Positions 1 to 13,529 of a stretch of 64,000 nucleotides of DNA are shown here, one piece after another. A program made the position numbers and the translations under genes. Source of the DNA: an uncultured delta proteobacterium (GTDB lineage Bacteria; Myxococcota_A; UBA9160; SMWR01); assembly GCA_963832165.1 (NCBI GenBank), contig CAWHTE010000004.1, positions 224,001 to 288,000 of the forward strand, given 5' to 3'. Position 1 is the first letter of the stretch; every line of letters begins with the position of its first letter. The notes under the pieces are model-generated. The model was given only the letters and a program-made list of their open reading frames with translations. It was not told the DNA's origin and ran no database searches.

Positions 1-2623
<2,623 letters not shown>

Positions 2624-2627
<4 letters not shown>

Positions 2628-3841
2628 GCCCCGGCAAGCCCGCGATCCCGACGACTTCGATGCGCGTGCCCGGCTTTCGCGCCGCGGGCGTGCGCTGCGG
2701 CATCAAGACGCGCGGCCCCGACCTCGCGCTGATCGCGGCCGATGCGCCCGTGGCCGCGGCGGGCATCTTCACGCGCTCGACGGTCGTGGGGGCGCCCGTG
2801 GAGATCAGCCGCGCGCGCGTGCGGGCAGGGCGCGTGCGCGGCGTGGTCGTGAACAGCGGCTGCTCGAACGTCGCGATGGGCGCGCGCGGCCGGCGCGACG
2901 CGATGGCCATGGCGGCTGCGGCCGCTCGCGCGATCGGCGCGCGCAGCGAGCAGATGCTGGTCGCGTCGACCGGCGTGATCGGACAGCCGCTGCCCATGGC
3001 GAAGATCCGCCGCGGGGTCACCCTGGCGGCCGCGGCGCTCTCGCCGAATGGACTGCGCGATGCCGCGCGCGCGATCATGACCACCGACACGGTGTCGAAG
3101 AGCGCAGCGACGCGCGTGTGGATCGACGGACGCGCGATCACGATCGCGGGGATCGCCAAGGGCGTCGGCATGATCGAGCCGAACATGGCCACGATGCTCG
3201 CGTTCCTGTTGACCGACGCCGCGGCCACGCCCGCATTCCTGCGCACGGCGCTGCGCGGTGCGGCCGATCAGAGCTTCAACCGGCTCACCGTGGACGGCGA
3301 GGGCTCGACGAGCGATACCGCGCTGCTGCTCGCGAGCGGCGCGGCGGGGAATGACACGCTGCGCAGCGCGAAGAGCCCCGCCGCGCGCCGCTTCGCGGAC
3401 GCGCTCACGAGCGTCGCCACCGATCTCGCGCGCCAGCTCGCGCGCGATGGCGAGGGTGCGACCAAGCTCGTGCTCGTCTCGGTCGTCGGCGCGCGCACCC
3501 CTGGCGACGCGGAGCGCGCGGCGCGCCGGATCGCCAACTCGATGCTCGTGAAATCGGCGATCTTCGGCGGCGACGCGAACTGGGGCCGGATCCTGCAGAC
3601 GGTCGGCGCGGGTCAGGTGGCGCTGCGCCTCCCGCGCACGAGTGTGAAGCTCGGCGGTGTGGTCGTGTTCCGGAACGGCGCCTCGGCCGGGCCCGCCGCG
3701 CGCGCCCGCGCACGCCGCGCGCTCGCAGGGCCGGAGCTCCGCATCGAGGTCGACCTCGGCATCGGCCGCGGCGCCGCGCAGATCTTCACGTGCGACCTCA
3801 GCTACGACTACGTGCGCATCAACGCGGAGTACACGACGTAG
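2624..3841 (+). CDS. argJ: Bifunctional glutamate N-acetyltransferase/ornithine acetyltransferase ArgJ
   Basis: Motifs [49 protein letters not shown] and [16 protein letters not shown]. Start is TTG 2624 (overlapping the secA stop) or ATG 2660. Confidence 0.96.
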
Positions 3842-3915
3842 GGCGGAATTCCGCTTGCCAGGAGCGACGATCCGCCGCCAGAATCATCCGGTCTCGAGCG
3901 GGTAGGCAGTTGCGG

Positions 3916-4702
3916 ATGAAGCGGATTGCTGTGCTGGTTCTGCTCTGGGCGGTGCCGTTCGCCGCTCACGGCGCCTCGTTCTCGAGCGCGGCGGTTGCCG
4001 ACGCATTCGTCACCACGGGGTCGGACGGCAGCCTCTCCGGCAACAACTACGGCGGCGGCGGCGCGATCACGAGCGCGGCGCCGGGACTTCCGCGCGGGGA
4101 AGCGCAGAGCGTGCTCCGGTTCGATCTGGGCACCGCCGTCGCTTCCTTCGACGGCATCTTCGGCGCCGGACAGTGGAGCCTTCAATCGGTGAGCTTGCAG
4201 CTCACGGCGGCGCCCGCGAACAACGCGATCTTCAACACCCCCGCCGCGGGATCGCTCGCGCTCTCGTGGATGCAGAACGATTCCTGGACCGAGGGGACGG
4301 GCTCGCCGTCCGCGCCCGGCGCGAGCGGGATCACGTTCACGAGCCTGCAGAGCACGTTCATCGGCGCGGCCGACGAGAGTCTCGGTTCGTGCAGCTTCAA
4401 TGGCGCGACGAGCGGCGCCTTCACCTGCGCGCTCGCCCTGACCCCTGGACTGCAACGCGGACGTGCTCGCGGGCAGCGCGCTCAGCCTGCGCGTGTTCGC
4501 GGCCGACAGCGGCGTGAGCGGGGTGTTCAACTCGCGCAACTTCGCCACGGTGTCGAGTCGCCCCTCGCTGACTCTCGTGGCGATACCGGAGCCGGGAACG
4601 TTCGCGCTGTGCGCGCTCGGCTTCGCGCTGCTCGGCGCGGTGCGGTCGGGCCGCGGGCGCCGCGCGTGCGGCTGCTTTGTCTTACGCGGACCGGTCTGCT
4701 AA
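3916..4702 (+). CDS. PEP-CTERM surface protein (DNRLRE-like fold suspected), split by a +1 frameshift near 4450-4453
   Basis: Signal peptide MKRIAVLVLLWAVPFAAHG, then ADAFV...NNYGG...LRFDL in one frame. It continues in another frame as NADVLAG...RPSLTLVAIPEPGTFALCALGFALLGAVR-basic tail. Confidence 0.75.
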
Positions 4703-4705
4703 CCC
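4677..4705 (+). promoter_or_regulatory. Putative sigma-70 promoter of rpsB-tsf
   Basis: TTGTCT-N17-TAACCC with an extended -10 TG, just upstream of the rpsB leader. Confidence 0.5.
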
Positions 4706-4711
4706 TCTGCG

Positions 4712-4849
4712 AATCCACACGTTCCAGGGGCGCCCCGGCGGTGCCCGCTGCACTGGCCGCACGGCCGCGTCAAGTCTCGCAAGGCTTGGGTGTTGCGGGT
4801 CGGGGAGGCACACCCCGGAACGGACGCACAACCGCGAAGGAGAATTGCC
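4712..4849 (+). ncRNA. rpsB (S2) autoregulatory 5' leader, t44-like
   Basis: CACAC start. Nested stems CGTTCC/GGAACG, CCCCGG/TCGGGG and CCCGC/GCGGG with a GGTG bulge, and downstream GCACAACC. This resembles the known S2 leader architecture. Confidence 0.7.
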
Positions 4850-5848
4850 ATGGCCGAAACGCCGGCCCCCACGGAGGCCGCGGCGGCTTCCGTCGCACCC
4901 TCCAGCATGACCGCGCAGGTCGAGCGAGGGACGCTGACCATCCGCGACCTGCTCGAAGCGGGCGTCCACTTCGGACATCAGACGCGCCGCTGGAACCCGC
5001 GCATGAAGCGCTTCCTGTTCGGCGAGCGCAACGGCGTCCACATCGTCGATCTCGACCAGACGCTGCCGCGCTTCCAGAAGGCGCTGGACTTCCTGCGCGA
5101 GACGGTCGCGAGCGGCGGCAAGGTGCTGTTCGTGAGCACGAAGCGCCAGGCGCAGGCGTTCGTCGAGACCGAAGCGCAGCGCTGCGAGCAGTACTACGTC
5201 TCCCGGCGCTGGCTCGGCGGCATGCTCACGAACTTCAAGACGGTCCGGAAGTCGATCGAGCTCTTCAAAGAGCAGCTCGAGCTCGTGGGCGACGCGGAGA
5301 AAGCAGCCGAGCTCTCCAAGAAGGCACTCTCGGGCGTCAACCGCTCGATCGAGAAGTACAAGAAATCGCTCGACGGGATCAAGGAGATGACCCGGCTCCC
5401 CGACGCCGTGTTCATCGTCGACGTGGGCCGGGAATCGATCGCGGTGAAGGAGGCGAACCGGCTCGGGATCCCGATCGTCGCGATCGTCGACTCGAACTGC
5501 GACCCCGAGTCGATCGACTTCGTGGTGCCCGGCAACGACGACTCGACGCGCGCGATCCAGCTCTACTGCCAGCGCGTGGCCGATGCATGCGCCGAGGGCG
5601 CGCGGATCTTCAACGAGCGCGTGCAGAGCGAAGTGTCCGAACAGGAGCGCGCACGCGGCACCAGCGAGGTCTCCGAGAAGACCGGCACGGGCCGCGTCGT
5701 GGTCGAGATCAAGCAGCAGCCGCGGCGTGGCCGCGGCACCCACAGCGCCGCGCCGCGCGCCGATCGCGGCGGCGAGCGCGATCGCGGCGGCGAGCCCGAA
5801 CCCAAGGAAGCGGAGGCCCCGACCCCGCCCGCGCCCGCGGCCGAGTAG
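4850..5848 (+). CDS. rpsB: 30S ribosomal protein S2 with N- and C-terminal extensions
   Basis: Motifs LLEAGVHFGHQTRRWNPRM, RWLGGMLTNF and PGNDDSTRAI. RBS AAGGAG precedes ATG 4850. Confidence 0.98.
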   Translation: MAETPAPTEAAAASVAPSSMTAQVERGTLTIRDLLEAGVHFGHQTRRWNPRMKRFLFGERNGVHIVDLDQTLPRFQKALDFLRETVASGGKVLFVSTKRQAQAFVETEAQRCEQYYVSRRWLGGMLTNFKTVRKSIELFKEQLELVGDAEKAAELSKKALSGVNRSIEKYKKSLDGIKEMTRLPDAVFIVDVGRESIAVKEANRLGIPIVAIVDSNCDPESIDFVVPGNDDSTRAIQLYCQRVADACAEGARIFNERVQSEVSEQERARGTSEVSEKTGTGRVVVEIKQQPRRGRGTHSAAPRADRGGERDRGGEPEPKEAEAPTPPAPAAE

Positions 5849-5880
5849 TCGCGCGCTAGAGAAACGGTAGGAGAGCGGTA

Positions 5881-6750
5881 GTGGCGGAGATCTCCGCAAA
5901 AGACGTGAAGACCCTGCGCGAGCAGACCGGCGCAGGCATGATGGATTGCAAGCGCGCGCTCGCGGACGCGGACGGCGACCTCAAGAAGGCCACCGATCTG
6001 CTGCGCGAGCGCGGGCTCGCCAAGGCCGGCAAGCGCGAGGGCCGCACGACGAGCGAGGGCGCGATCTCGATCGCACTCGCGGGCGGCGCGGGTGCGATGG
6101 TCGAGCTCGGCTGCGAGACCGACTTCGTCGCGCGCACCGACGCGTTCACGGCGCTCGGGGAGCGGCTCGCGCGCGCGGTCGCGGAGGACCCGAAGATCGC
6201 GTCGGTCGACGCGCTGCTCGACGCTCCGGTCGACGGTGAGAAGGTCTCGGAGCGCGTCGTCGCGGCGATCGCGGTGCTCGGCGAGAACGTGGTGGTGAAG
6301 CGGGTCGTGCGGCTCGCGGTCGACTCGGGCGTGGTCGGCGGCTACGTGCACGCGGGCGGCAAGCTCGGCGTGCTGGTCGCGGTCACGGCGAAGGACGGCG
6401 GGCCTGGGCTCGCGGGACTCGCCAAGGACATCGCCATGCACATCGCCGCAGCCGATCCGAGCCCGGTGGCGGTCGACCGCGCGGGCGTCTCCCCGGAGCT
6501 GCTCGCGGCCGAGCGCGAGATCTATCGCAAGCAGGCGCTCGCGTCCGGCAAGCCCGAGAAGATCCTCGACAAGATCGTCGAGGGGAAGGTCGACAAGTTC
6601 GTATCGGAAGTCGCGCTGGTCGAGCAGCCGTTCGTGAAGGACCCCGATCGATCCGTGGGCGATCTCTTGTCCGCGCACGGAGCGGGCGTGAACGTTTCCG
6701 CGTTCGAGCGGTTCAAACTCGGCCAAGGGGAGGAGGCGCGCGCGGAGTGA
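5881..6750 (+). CDS. tsf: Translation elongation factor Ts
   Basis: Motifs [26 protein letters not shown] and AMHIAA. Follows rpsB. Confidence 0.98.
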   Translation: MAEISAKDVKTLREQTGAGMMDCKRALADADGDLKKATDLLRERGLAKAGKREGRTTSEGAISIALAGGAGAMVELGCETDFVARTDAFTALGERLARAVAEDPKIASVDALLDAPVDGEKVSERVVAAIAVLGENVVVKRVVRLAVDSGVVGGYVHAGGKLGVLVAVTAKDGGPGLAGLAKDIAMHIAAADPSPVAVDRAGVSPELLAAEREIYRKQALASGKPEKILDKIVEGKVDKFVSEVALVEQPFVKDPDRSVGDLLSAHGAGVNVSAFERFKLGQGEEARAE

Positions 6751-7463
6751 AGCCGGCCTATCGCAGGCTCCTGGTCAAGCTCTCCGGCGAGCAACTCGCC
6801 GGCAAGGGCGGATTCGGCATCAGCCCGACCGTGATCAAGCGCATTGCGCAGGACCTGCGAGAGGTCCACGAGTTCGGCGTGGACCTGTGCGTCGTGATCG
6901 GCGGCGGCAACGTGATCCGCGGGATCACGGCCGCGTCCGAGGGCATGGACCGCGCCAACGCCGACTACATGGGCATGATGGCGAGCGTGATCAACGGGCT
7001 CGCGCTCCAGGACGCGCTCGAGAAGCAGGGTCTCACCACGCGCGTGCTCTCGGCGCTCGAGATCCGCGACGTGGCGGAGCCCTATGTCCGACGCCGCGCC
7101 GAGCGCCACCTCGAGAAGGGGCGCGTGGTCGTGTTCGCGGGCGGCACGGGCAACCCGTACTTCTCGACCGACACCGCGGCCGCGCTGCGCGCCGCGGAGA
7201 TCCACGCCGACGTGATCCTGATGGGCAAGAACGGCGTCGACGGTGTCTATTCGGCCGACCCGAAGCTCGATCCCAAGGCCGTGAAATACGAGCGCGTGCG
7301 CTTCGACGAGGCGCTCGCGAAGAATCTGCGCGTGATGGACCAGACCGCGCTCGCGCTGTGCCGCGAGAACAAGACGCCGATCATCGTGTTCGACATGAGC
7401 AAGCCGGGGAACCTGCGGCGCGTGGTGCTCGGCGAGGAAGTCGGAACGCGGGTGGAGGAGTAG
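6747..7463 (+). CDS. pyrH: UMP kinase
   Basis: Motifs KLSGE, VIGGGN, DYMGMMA and [15 protein letters not shown]. Confidence 0.98.
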   Translation: MKPAYRRLLVKLSGEQLAGKGGFGISPTVIKRIAQDLREVHEFGVDLCVVIGGGNVIRGITAASEGMDRANADYMGMMASVINGLALQDALEKQGLTTRVLSALEIRDVAEPYVRRRAERHLEKGRVVVFAGGTGNPYFSTDTAAALRAAEIHADVILMGKNGVDGVYSADPKLDPKAVKYERVRFDEALAKNLRVMDQTALALCRENKTPIIVFDMSKPGNLRRVVLGEEVGTRVEE

Positions 7464-7466
7464 TCG

Positions 7467-8036
7467 ATGGCCGCGGAGGATTCGGAGCTCGTCTACGCAG
7501 AGGCGAAGGACGCAATGGACAAGTCGCTGCGCGGGCTGCGCGCCGACCTGCAGAAGGTGCGCACGGGGCGCGCGAGCACGGCTCTGCTCGACGGCATCCA
7601 GGTCGACTACTACGGCACGCCCACGCCGATCAATCAGCTCGCGAACATGAGCACGCCGGATCCGCGCCTGATCGTGATCTCGCCCTACGACAAGGGCTCG
7701 ATCAGCGCGATCGAGAAGGCGGTGCACTCGTCGAACCTCGGGCTCACGCCGAGCAACGACGGCAAGGTCGTGCGGATCCCGATTCCGCCGCTCACCGAGG
7801 AGCGCCGCAAGGATCTGGTCAAGCAGATCCACCGGCTCGCCGAGGACCACAAGGTGGGGGTGCGCGAGGCGCGCCGCGACGCGCTGGCGATGATCAAGGA
7901 CCTCGAGTCCGAGGGCACGGTGCCCGCCGACGACCGCAAGCGCGAGGACAAGCGGATCCAGGCGCTCACCGACGAGCACATCAAGAAGATCGAGGAGATG
8001 CAGGCGGCCAAGGAGGCCGAGATCCTCCAGGTCTGA
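7467..8036 (+). CDS. frr: Ribosome recycling factor
   Basis: Motifs VRTGRAS, VDYYGTPTPI and IPPLTEERRKDLVK. Confidence 0.98.
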   Translation: MAAEDSELVYAEAKDAMDKSLRGLRADLQKVRTGRASTALLDGIQVDYYGTPTPINQLANMSTPDPRLIVISPYDKGSISAIEKAVHSSNLGLTPSNDGKVVRIPIPPLTEERRKDLVKQIHRLAEDHKVGVREARRDALAMIKDLESEGTVPADDRKREDKRIQALTDEHIKKIEEMQAAKEAEILQV

Positions 8037-8042
8037 CCGCGT

Positions 8043-8801
8043 ATGACGACCGACTCGCTGCGAACCGATGATCTCCCGCGACACGTCGCCATCATCATGG
8101 ATGGCAACGGGCGCTGGGCCGAGCGCCGCGGCCTGTCGCGGGTGGAGGGGCACCGCGCGGGCAAGGAGGCGGTGAAGGCCGCCGTGCGCGCGGCGAGCGA
8201 TCTGGGCATCGAGGTACTCACGCTCTACGCGTTCTCGATCGAGAACTGGAACCGGCCCCAGTCCGAGGTCACCGAGCTCATGCGCCTCGCCGAGCGCTAC
8301 CTCGAGGAGGAGCTCCCCGAGGTGATGGCGAACGACGTCCAGGTGCGCGCGATCGGCCGCCTCGACCGGCTGCCGCCGCGCGTGCGGTCGCGAATCGAGC
8401 ACGCCGTCGAGAAGACGCGCGACAACGGCGGGCTCAAGCTCGTGTTCGCGCTCTCCTACGGCGGGCGTGCCGAGATCGTCGATGCGGCGCGCCGCATCGC
8501 GCGCGACGCCGAGGGGGGCCGCGTCGATCCCGACGCGGTCGACGAGAAGCTGTTCTCCTCGTATCTCTATGATCCCGAGCTGCCCGATCCCGATCTGATG
8601 ATCCGCACCGGCGGCGAGTCGCGCGTCTCGAACTTCCTGCTCTGGCAGATCGCCTACGCCGAGATCTACGTGTCGGACCTGATGTGGCCCGACTTCCGCG
8701 CCGAGCACCTGAACGAGGCGCTTCGCGACTTCCAGGGCCGCGAGCGCCGCTTCGGTCTCACCAGCGCGCAGGTCGCCACGACCAAGTCGGGCTCCGCGTG
8801 A
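8043..8801 (+). CDS. uppS: Undecaprenyl diphosphate synthase (isoprenyl transferase)
   Basis: Motifs HVAIIMDGNGRWA, YAFSIENWNRP and IRTGGESRVSNFLLWQ. Confidence 0.97.
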   Translation: MTTDSLRTDDLPRHVAIIMDGNGRWAERRGLSRVEGHRAGKEAVKAAVRAASDLGIEVLTLYAFSIENWNRPQSEVTELMRLAERYLEEELPEVMANDVQVRAIGRLDRLPPRVRSRIEHAVEKTRDNGGLKLVFALSYGGRAEIVDAARRIARDAEGGRVDPDAVDEKLFSSYLYDPELPDPDLMIRTGGESRVSNFLLWQIAYAEIYVSDLMWPDFRAEHLNEALRDFQGRERRFGLTSAQVATTKSGSA

Positions 8802-9985
8802 AGCGGCTCAGCGTACTCGGCAGCACCGGCAGCGTCGGCGAGCAGACGCTCGCGGTCGCCGCGGCGCACCCCGATCGCTATGCGGTCGTCGCGCTCGCGG
8901 CGGGCCGACGCGTGGAGAAGCTCGCCGATCAGGTGCGCCGCTTCCGGCCGCGGATCGTCTCGGTGGCCGACGCCGCGGGTGCCGAGGATCTGCGCGCTCG
9001 GCTCGGCAGCGATCCGCCCTGCGAGATCGCATTCGGCGCTGCGGGCCTCGACGCGGTGGCGACTGCGGACGCCGACCTCGTGGTCGCGGCGCTCGTCGGG
9101 GCGGCCGGGCTGCGGCCCACGCTCGCGGCCGTGCGCGCAGGGCGCGACATTGCGCTCGCGAACAAGGAAGTGCTCGTGATGGCGGGCGCTCTCGTGCGCC
9201 GCGAGGTCGCCGCGCGCGGCGTCGCGCTCGTGCCCGTCGACAGCGAGCACAGCGCGATCTTCCAGGCGCTCGCGGGCGCCGACCGCGCGTCGATCGCGAA
9301 GCTGATCCTGACCGCGTCGGGCGGGCCGTTCCGCACCTGGAGCGCGGAGCGGATCGCGCGCGCGACCGTCGAGGAGGCGCTCCGCCACCCGAACTGGGAC
9401 ATGGGCCCCAAGATCACGATCGATTCTGCGACGCTCATGAACAAGGGGCTCGAGGTGATCGAAGCGCGCTGGCTGTTCGACGTCGGGCCGGAGCGCGTCG
9501 AGGTGGTGGTGCACCCGCAATCGATCGTTCACTCGCTGGTCGAGTTCTGTGACACGTCGGTGATCGCGCAGCTCGGCTTGCCGGACATGCGCGTGCCGAT
9601 CGCGGTGGCGCTCGCGCATCCGGAGCGGCTGCCGCTCGACCTGCCGCGGCTCGATCTCGCCGCGCTGGGCCGGCTCGATTTCGAGACGCCCGACACCAAG
9701 CGCTTCCCGTGTCTCGAGCTCGCCTATCAGGCGCTGCGCGGCGACGAGGCCGCACCTGCCGTGCTCAACGCCGCCAACGAGATCGCCGTGGAGGCGTTTC
9801 TCTCGGGCGGCATGGCGTTCCCAGCGATCGCGGCCGCGAACGGCGCCGTGCTCGAGGCCTTCGAGAAGACCGAGACCGGCGGCGCGTTGCGCGATCTCGA
9901 AGACGTGATCGCAGCCGACACCTGGGCGCGCGCGCGCGCACGCGAATGGCTCGCCGCCCACCCGCCGGATGGAGGCCGCGCATGA
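8798..9985 (+). CDS. dxr: 1-deoxy-D-xylulose-5-phosphate reductoisomerase
   Basis: Motifs LGSTGSVG, LANKE, PVDSEHSAIFQ and HPNWDMGPKITIDSATLMNKGLE. GTG start overlaps the uppS stop. Confidence 0.98.
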   Translation: MKRLSVLGSTGSVGEQTLAVAAAHPDRYAVVALAAGRRVEKLADQVRRFRPRIVSVADAAGAEDLRARLGSDPPCEIAFGAAGLDAVATADADLVVAALVGAAGLRPTLAAVRAGRDIALANKEVLVMAGALVRREVAARGVALVPVDSEHSAIFQALAGADRASIAKLILTASGGPFRTWSAERIARATVEEALRHPNWDMGPKITIDSATLMNKGLEVIEARWLFDVGPERVEVVVHPQSIVHSLVEFCDTSVIAQLGLPDMRVPIAVALAHPERLPLDLPRLDLAALGRLDFETPDTKRFPCLELAYQALRGDEAAPAVLNAANEIAVEAFLSGGMAFPAIAAANGAVLEAFEKTETGGALRDLEDVIAADTWARARAREWLAAHPPDGGRA

Positions 9986-11682
9986 CCGTGCTCTCGTACC
10001 TGTGGGCGTTCGTACTGCTGCTCTCGATCCTCGTGTTCGTGCACGAGCTCGGCCACTTCCTGGTCGCGCGCGCGTGCGGCGTGCGTGTGCTCAAGTTCTC
10101 GATCGGCTTCGGCTCGCCGATCGGCTTCGGCAAGTACCGGCTTGCGTGGACGCGCGGCGGCACCGAGTTCGTGATTGCTTGGTTCCCGCTCGGCGGCTTC
10201 GTGAAGATGCTCGGCGAGAATCCCGACGAGATCGACGACCCTGCGGTCGCGGTGTCCCCGGGAGAGTCGCTGCCCGAGAAGAACACCTGGCAGAAGCTCG
10301 CGATCGTGTTCGCGGGACCCGCGGCGAACCTGATCCTGCCCGTGCTCGTGTTCGCCGTGACGCTCGCGATCGGGATGCCGCGCCCGGTCGCTGTGGTCGG
10401 CAGCGTCGAGCCCGGCTCGCCGGCGGCCGTCGCGGGGCTGCGGTCCGGCGATCGGATCACGGAGGTCGCGGGCACGCCCGTGGCGTGGTGGAACGACGTC
10501 GAAGATGCCGTGCGCGCGCGCGCAGACGCGACCGCGGAGTTCGTCTACGAGCGCGAAGGTGCGCCCGCGATCGCGCGCGTCGCGATCGAGCGCCGCACGG
10601 TCACCGACGAATTCGGCCAGCCGGCCGAGGTCGGCTGGTCCGGAGTCCAGCACCATCGGCCCGCGGCGATGCTCGGCATTTCCTCATCGGACTCGCCCGC
10701 CCACGCGGCCGGGCTGCGCTCGGGCGAGGTCGTCGAGTCGGTCGATGGCGTGGCGGTGGAGAGCTGGGACGATTTCGCGGCGGCGTTCGCCGCAGCGCGC
10801 GGTCCGAAGGTGGAGCTCGCGCTGCACCGCAGCGCACCCGGAGCGAAGCGTTCGCCCGGCGAAGACCCGGCTGCGATTCCGATCGAACGCCGCACCGCGA
10901 CCGTGCCCGCGCTCGGCAGCGTCGAGGCGCTCGGCGTGTTGCCGGCGACGGTGCTCGTGTCTTCCGTGACCATCGGATCGGCCGCCGAGCGCGGAGGCCT
11001 GTTGCCGGGCGATCTGATCGTGTCGGTCGACGGCGCTCCGATCGGCAGCTTCGATTCGTTCGCCGAGATCGTGCGCACGAGCGGCGGGCGCGAGCTCGCG
11101 CTCTCGTTCGCGCGCAGCGGCGAGCTCCACTCGGTGCGGATCGCGCCCACGCTCGAGGATTTCGACGCGGGCTTCGGCATGAAGGAGCCGCGCTACCTCG
11201 TCGGCATCACGGCCGAGGTCGCGAGCCTGACCGGCGAGATCGCGACCGACCGCGAACGCAACCCGATCGTCGCGCTGCCGCGCGCGATCGGCATGACCGC
11301 CGAGGTCACGCGCGGGTTCGTCGCGGGAATGGTGAAGCTCGTGACGGGCGAGGTGTCGCGCAAGCAGCTCGCGGGCCCGATCGGAATCGCCGAGATCGCG
11401 GGCCACGCGTACGAGCGCGGCTGGGAGACCTATCTCTCGATCCTCGTGTTGATCAGCATAAATCTCGGGATCCTGAACCTGCTTCCGATCCCGGTGCTCG
11501 ACGGCGGGCAGGCCGTGATCTACGCGGTCGAGGGCGTGCGCCGTGCGCCGCTCTCGCTGCGAACGCGCGAGATCGTGCAACAGCTCGGGCTCACCGTGTT
11601 GATGCTGCTCATGGGGCTCGCGTTCTGGAACGATCTCTCGCGCCAGTGGACGCGGCTGCTCGACTGGCTCGCGAATACGTGA
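9982..11682 (+). CDS. rseP: RIP metalloprotease RseP with multiple PDZ domains
   Basis: Motifs VHELGH, PLGGFVKM, AGPAAN and NLLPIPVLDGG, with about three PDZ-like repeats. Confidence 0.96.
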   Translation: MTVLSYLWAFVLLLSILVFVHELGHFLVARACGVRVLKFSIGFGSPIGFGKYRLAWTRGGTEFVIAWFPLGGFVKMLGENPDEIDDPAVAVSPGESLPEKNTWQKLAIVFAGPAANLILPVLVFAVTLAIGMPRPVAVVGSVEPGSPAAVAGLRSGDRITEVAGTPVAWWNDVEDAVRARADATAEFVYEREGAPAIARVAIERRTVTDEFGQPAEVGWSGVQHHRPAAMLGISSSDSPAHAAGLRSGEVVESVDGVAVESWDDFAAAFAAARGPKVELALHRSAPGAKRSPGEDPAAIPIERRTATVPALGSVEALGVLPATVLVSSVTIGSAAERGGLLPGDLIVSVDGAPIGSFDSFAEIVRTSGGRELALSFARSGELHSVRIAPTLEDFDAGFGMKEPRYLVGITAEVASLTGEIATDRERNPIVALPRAIGMTAEVTRGFVAGMVKLVTGEVSRKQLAGPIGIAEIAGHAYERGWETYLSILVLISINLGILNLLPIPVLDGGQAVIYAVEGVRRAPLSLRTREIVQQLGLTVLMLLMGLAFWNDLSRQWTRLLDWLANT

Positions 11683-12374
11683 CCGAAGTCCCGCTGCTGC
11701 TGGCCGTCGAGACGGCCACGGCAGCTCCGAGCGTCGCGCTCTGGCGCGGCGAGGCGCTTCTGGCCGAACGCGCCGTGGACGCGAGCCGCGCCACGGCCGA
11801 GCGTCTGCTGCCGGCGCTCGACGCGCTGCTCGCGGGCGCAGGCATCGCGCTCGCGGCGGTGCAGGGATTCGCGGTATCGATCGGCCCCGGCTCGTTCACG
11901 GGGCTCCGGATCGGGGTGGCGACCGTAAAGGGGCTCGCGTTCGGAACCGCGCGCGCCGCGGTCGCGGTGCCGACACTCGCCGCGATCGCGCAGCACGCGC
12001 CTGGACCGGCACCCGTGGCCGCAGTGCTCGATGCGCGGCGCGGTGAGGTGTACGCGGCGGGCTTCGAGGGCGGCGCCGCCGCCGATTGGCTCGCGGAAGG
12101 CGTGATCTCGATCGATTCGCTCGCGGCGCGCCTGCCCGCGGGCTGCCGCGTGGTCGGCGACGCCGTGGCGTTGTGCGCGGTGGCGCTGCGCGGCAGCGCC
12201 GCGGTGCTCGCGCCGCCTCCCTATCCCGAGACGACCGCGCGCCACGTCGCGCGGATCGCCGCGCGCGAATGGTCGCGCGGCGACGCGATCGCTGCGGCCG
12301 ACCTCACGCCGCGCTATCTGCGCCGCGCCGAGGCCGAGGTGAAGCGCACGGGGGAGCGCTTCGAACCCTTTTGA
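11679..12374 (+). CDS. tsaB: tRNA t6A37 biosynthesis protein TsaB
   Basis: Motifs LLAVETAT, GPGSFTGLRIG, DARRGEVY and PRYLRRAEAE. Confidence 0.93.
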   Translation: MTEVPLLLAVETATAAPSVALWRGEALLAERAVDASRATAERLLPALDALLAGAGIALAAVQGFAVSIGPGSFTGLRIGVATVKGLAFGTARAAVAVPTLAAIAQHAPGPAPVAAVLDARRGEVYAAGFEGGAAADWLAEGVISIDSLAARLPAGCRVVGDAVALCAVALRGSAAVLAPPPYPETTARHVARIAAREWSRGDAIAAADLTPRYLRRAEAEVKRTGERFEPF

Positions 12375-12399
12375 CACCCTGTGGACCCTCGCGTAACCT
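12371..12399 (+). promoter_or_regulatory. Sigma-70 promoter of the ilvC operon
   Basis: TTGACA-N17-TAACCT. Confidence 0.7.
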
Positions 12400-12481
12400 C
12401 GCGAAACTAACGAGAAAACGCTTGCAGGGCGGATCAGCCCAAAGGGCGTAATCCGCCAATTCGGGGGTCGCGCGAGGAGCC

Positions 12482-13504
12482 ATGGCACTCAAGATCTTCT
12501 ACGACAAGGACGCCGACCTCGGCCGGCTCGACGGCAAGACCGTGGCGATCCTCGGTTACGGCAGTCAGGGGCACGCGCACGCGCTGAACCTCAAGGCGTC
12601 GGGCATCGATGTGGTGGTCGGCCTGCGCAAGGACTCGTCGAGCGTCGGCAAGGCCGAGCGCTCGGGGCTGCGCGTGCTCGGTGTCTCCGAGGCGGTGGCA
12701 AAGGCCGACATCACGATGATGACGCTGCCCGACGAGTCGATGGGCACGATCTACCGCGAGCACGTCGCGCCGAACCTCAAGGCCGGCAAGTACCTCGCCG
12801 TGGCGCACGGCTTCAACATCCACTTCAACGTGATCCGCCCGCCCGCGGACGTGAACGTGTTCATGGTGGCGCCCAAGGGCCCCGGCCACACCGTGCGAGC
12901 GCACTACGAAGAGGGGCGCGGCGTCCCGTCGCTCGTGGCGGTGCATCAGGATCCCACCGGCGACACGCTCCAGATCGCGCTCGCCTATGCGGCGGGGATC
13001 GGCGCCGGGCGCGCCGGGATCATCGAGACCAACTTCCGCGAGGAGACCGAGACCGACTTGTTCGGCGAGCAGACCGTGCTGTGCGGCGGGCTCGTCTCGC
13101 TCATGACCGCGGGCTACGAGACGCTCGTCGAGGCCGGCTACTCCCCCGAGATGGCCTACTTCGAGACGATCCACGAGGTGAAGCTGATCGTCGATCTGAT
13201 CTACGAAGGCGGCATCGCGAACATGCGCTACTCGGTGTCGAACACGGCCGAGTACGGCGACCTCACGCGCGGCCCGCGCGTGATCGACGACGGCACGCGT
13301 GCGCGCATGCGAGAGATCCTGCGCGAAATCCAGACGGGCGCGTTCGCGCGCGAGTTCATTCTCGAGAACCAGGCCGGTGGGCTGCAGTTCTCCGCATTGC
13401 GCCGCCGCGGCCAGGAGCACCCGATGGAGGCGATCGGCGCGCAGCTGCGCGAGCTGATGCCGTGGCTCAAGGAGAAGCGGCTGGTCGACCGCTCGAAGAA
13501 TTAG
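12482..13504 (+). CDS. ilvC: Ketol-acid reductoisomerase
   Basis: Motifs [32 protein letters not shown] and SVSNTAEYG. Confidence 0.98.
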   Translation: MALKIFYDKDADLGRLDGKTVAILGYGSQGHAHALNLKASGIDVVVGLRKDSSSVGKAERSGLRVLGVSEAVAKADITMMTLPDESMGTIYREHVAPNLKAGKYLAVAHGFNIHFNVIRPPADVNVFMVAPKGPGHTVRAHYEEGRGVPSLVAVHQDPTGDTLQIALAYAAGIGAGRAGIIETNFREETETDLFGEQTVLCGGLVSLMTAGYETLVEAGYSPEMAYFETIHEVKLIVDLIYEGGIANMRYSVSNTAEYGDLTRGPRVIDDGTRARMREILREIQTGAFAREFILENQAGGLQFSALRRRGQEHPMEAIGAQLRELMPWLKEKRLVDRSKN

Positions 13505-13529
13505 CGCAAGCCGTCTGGCTCGGTACGGA

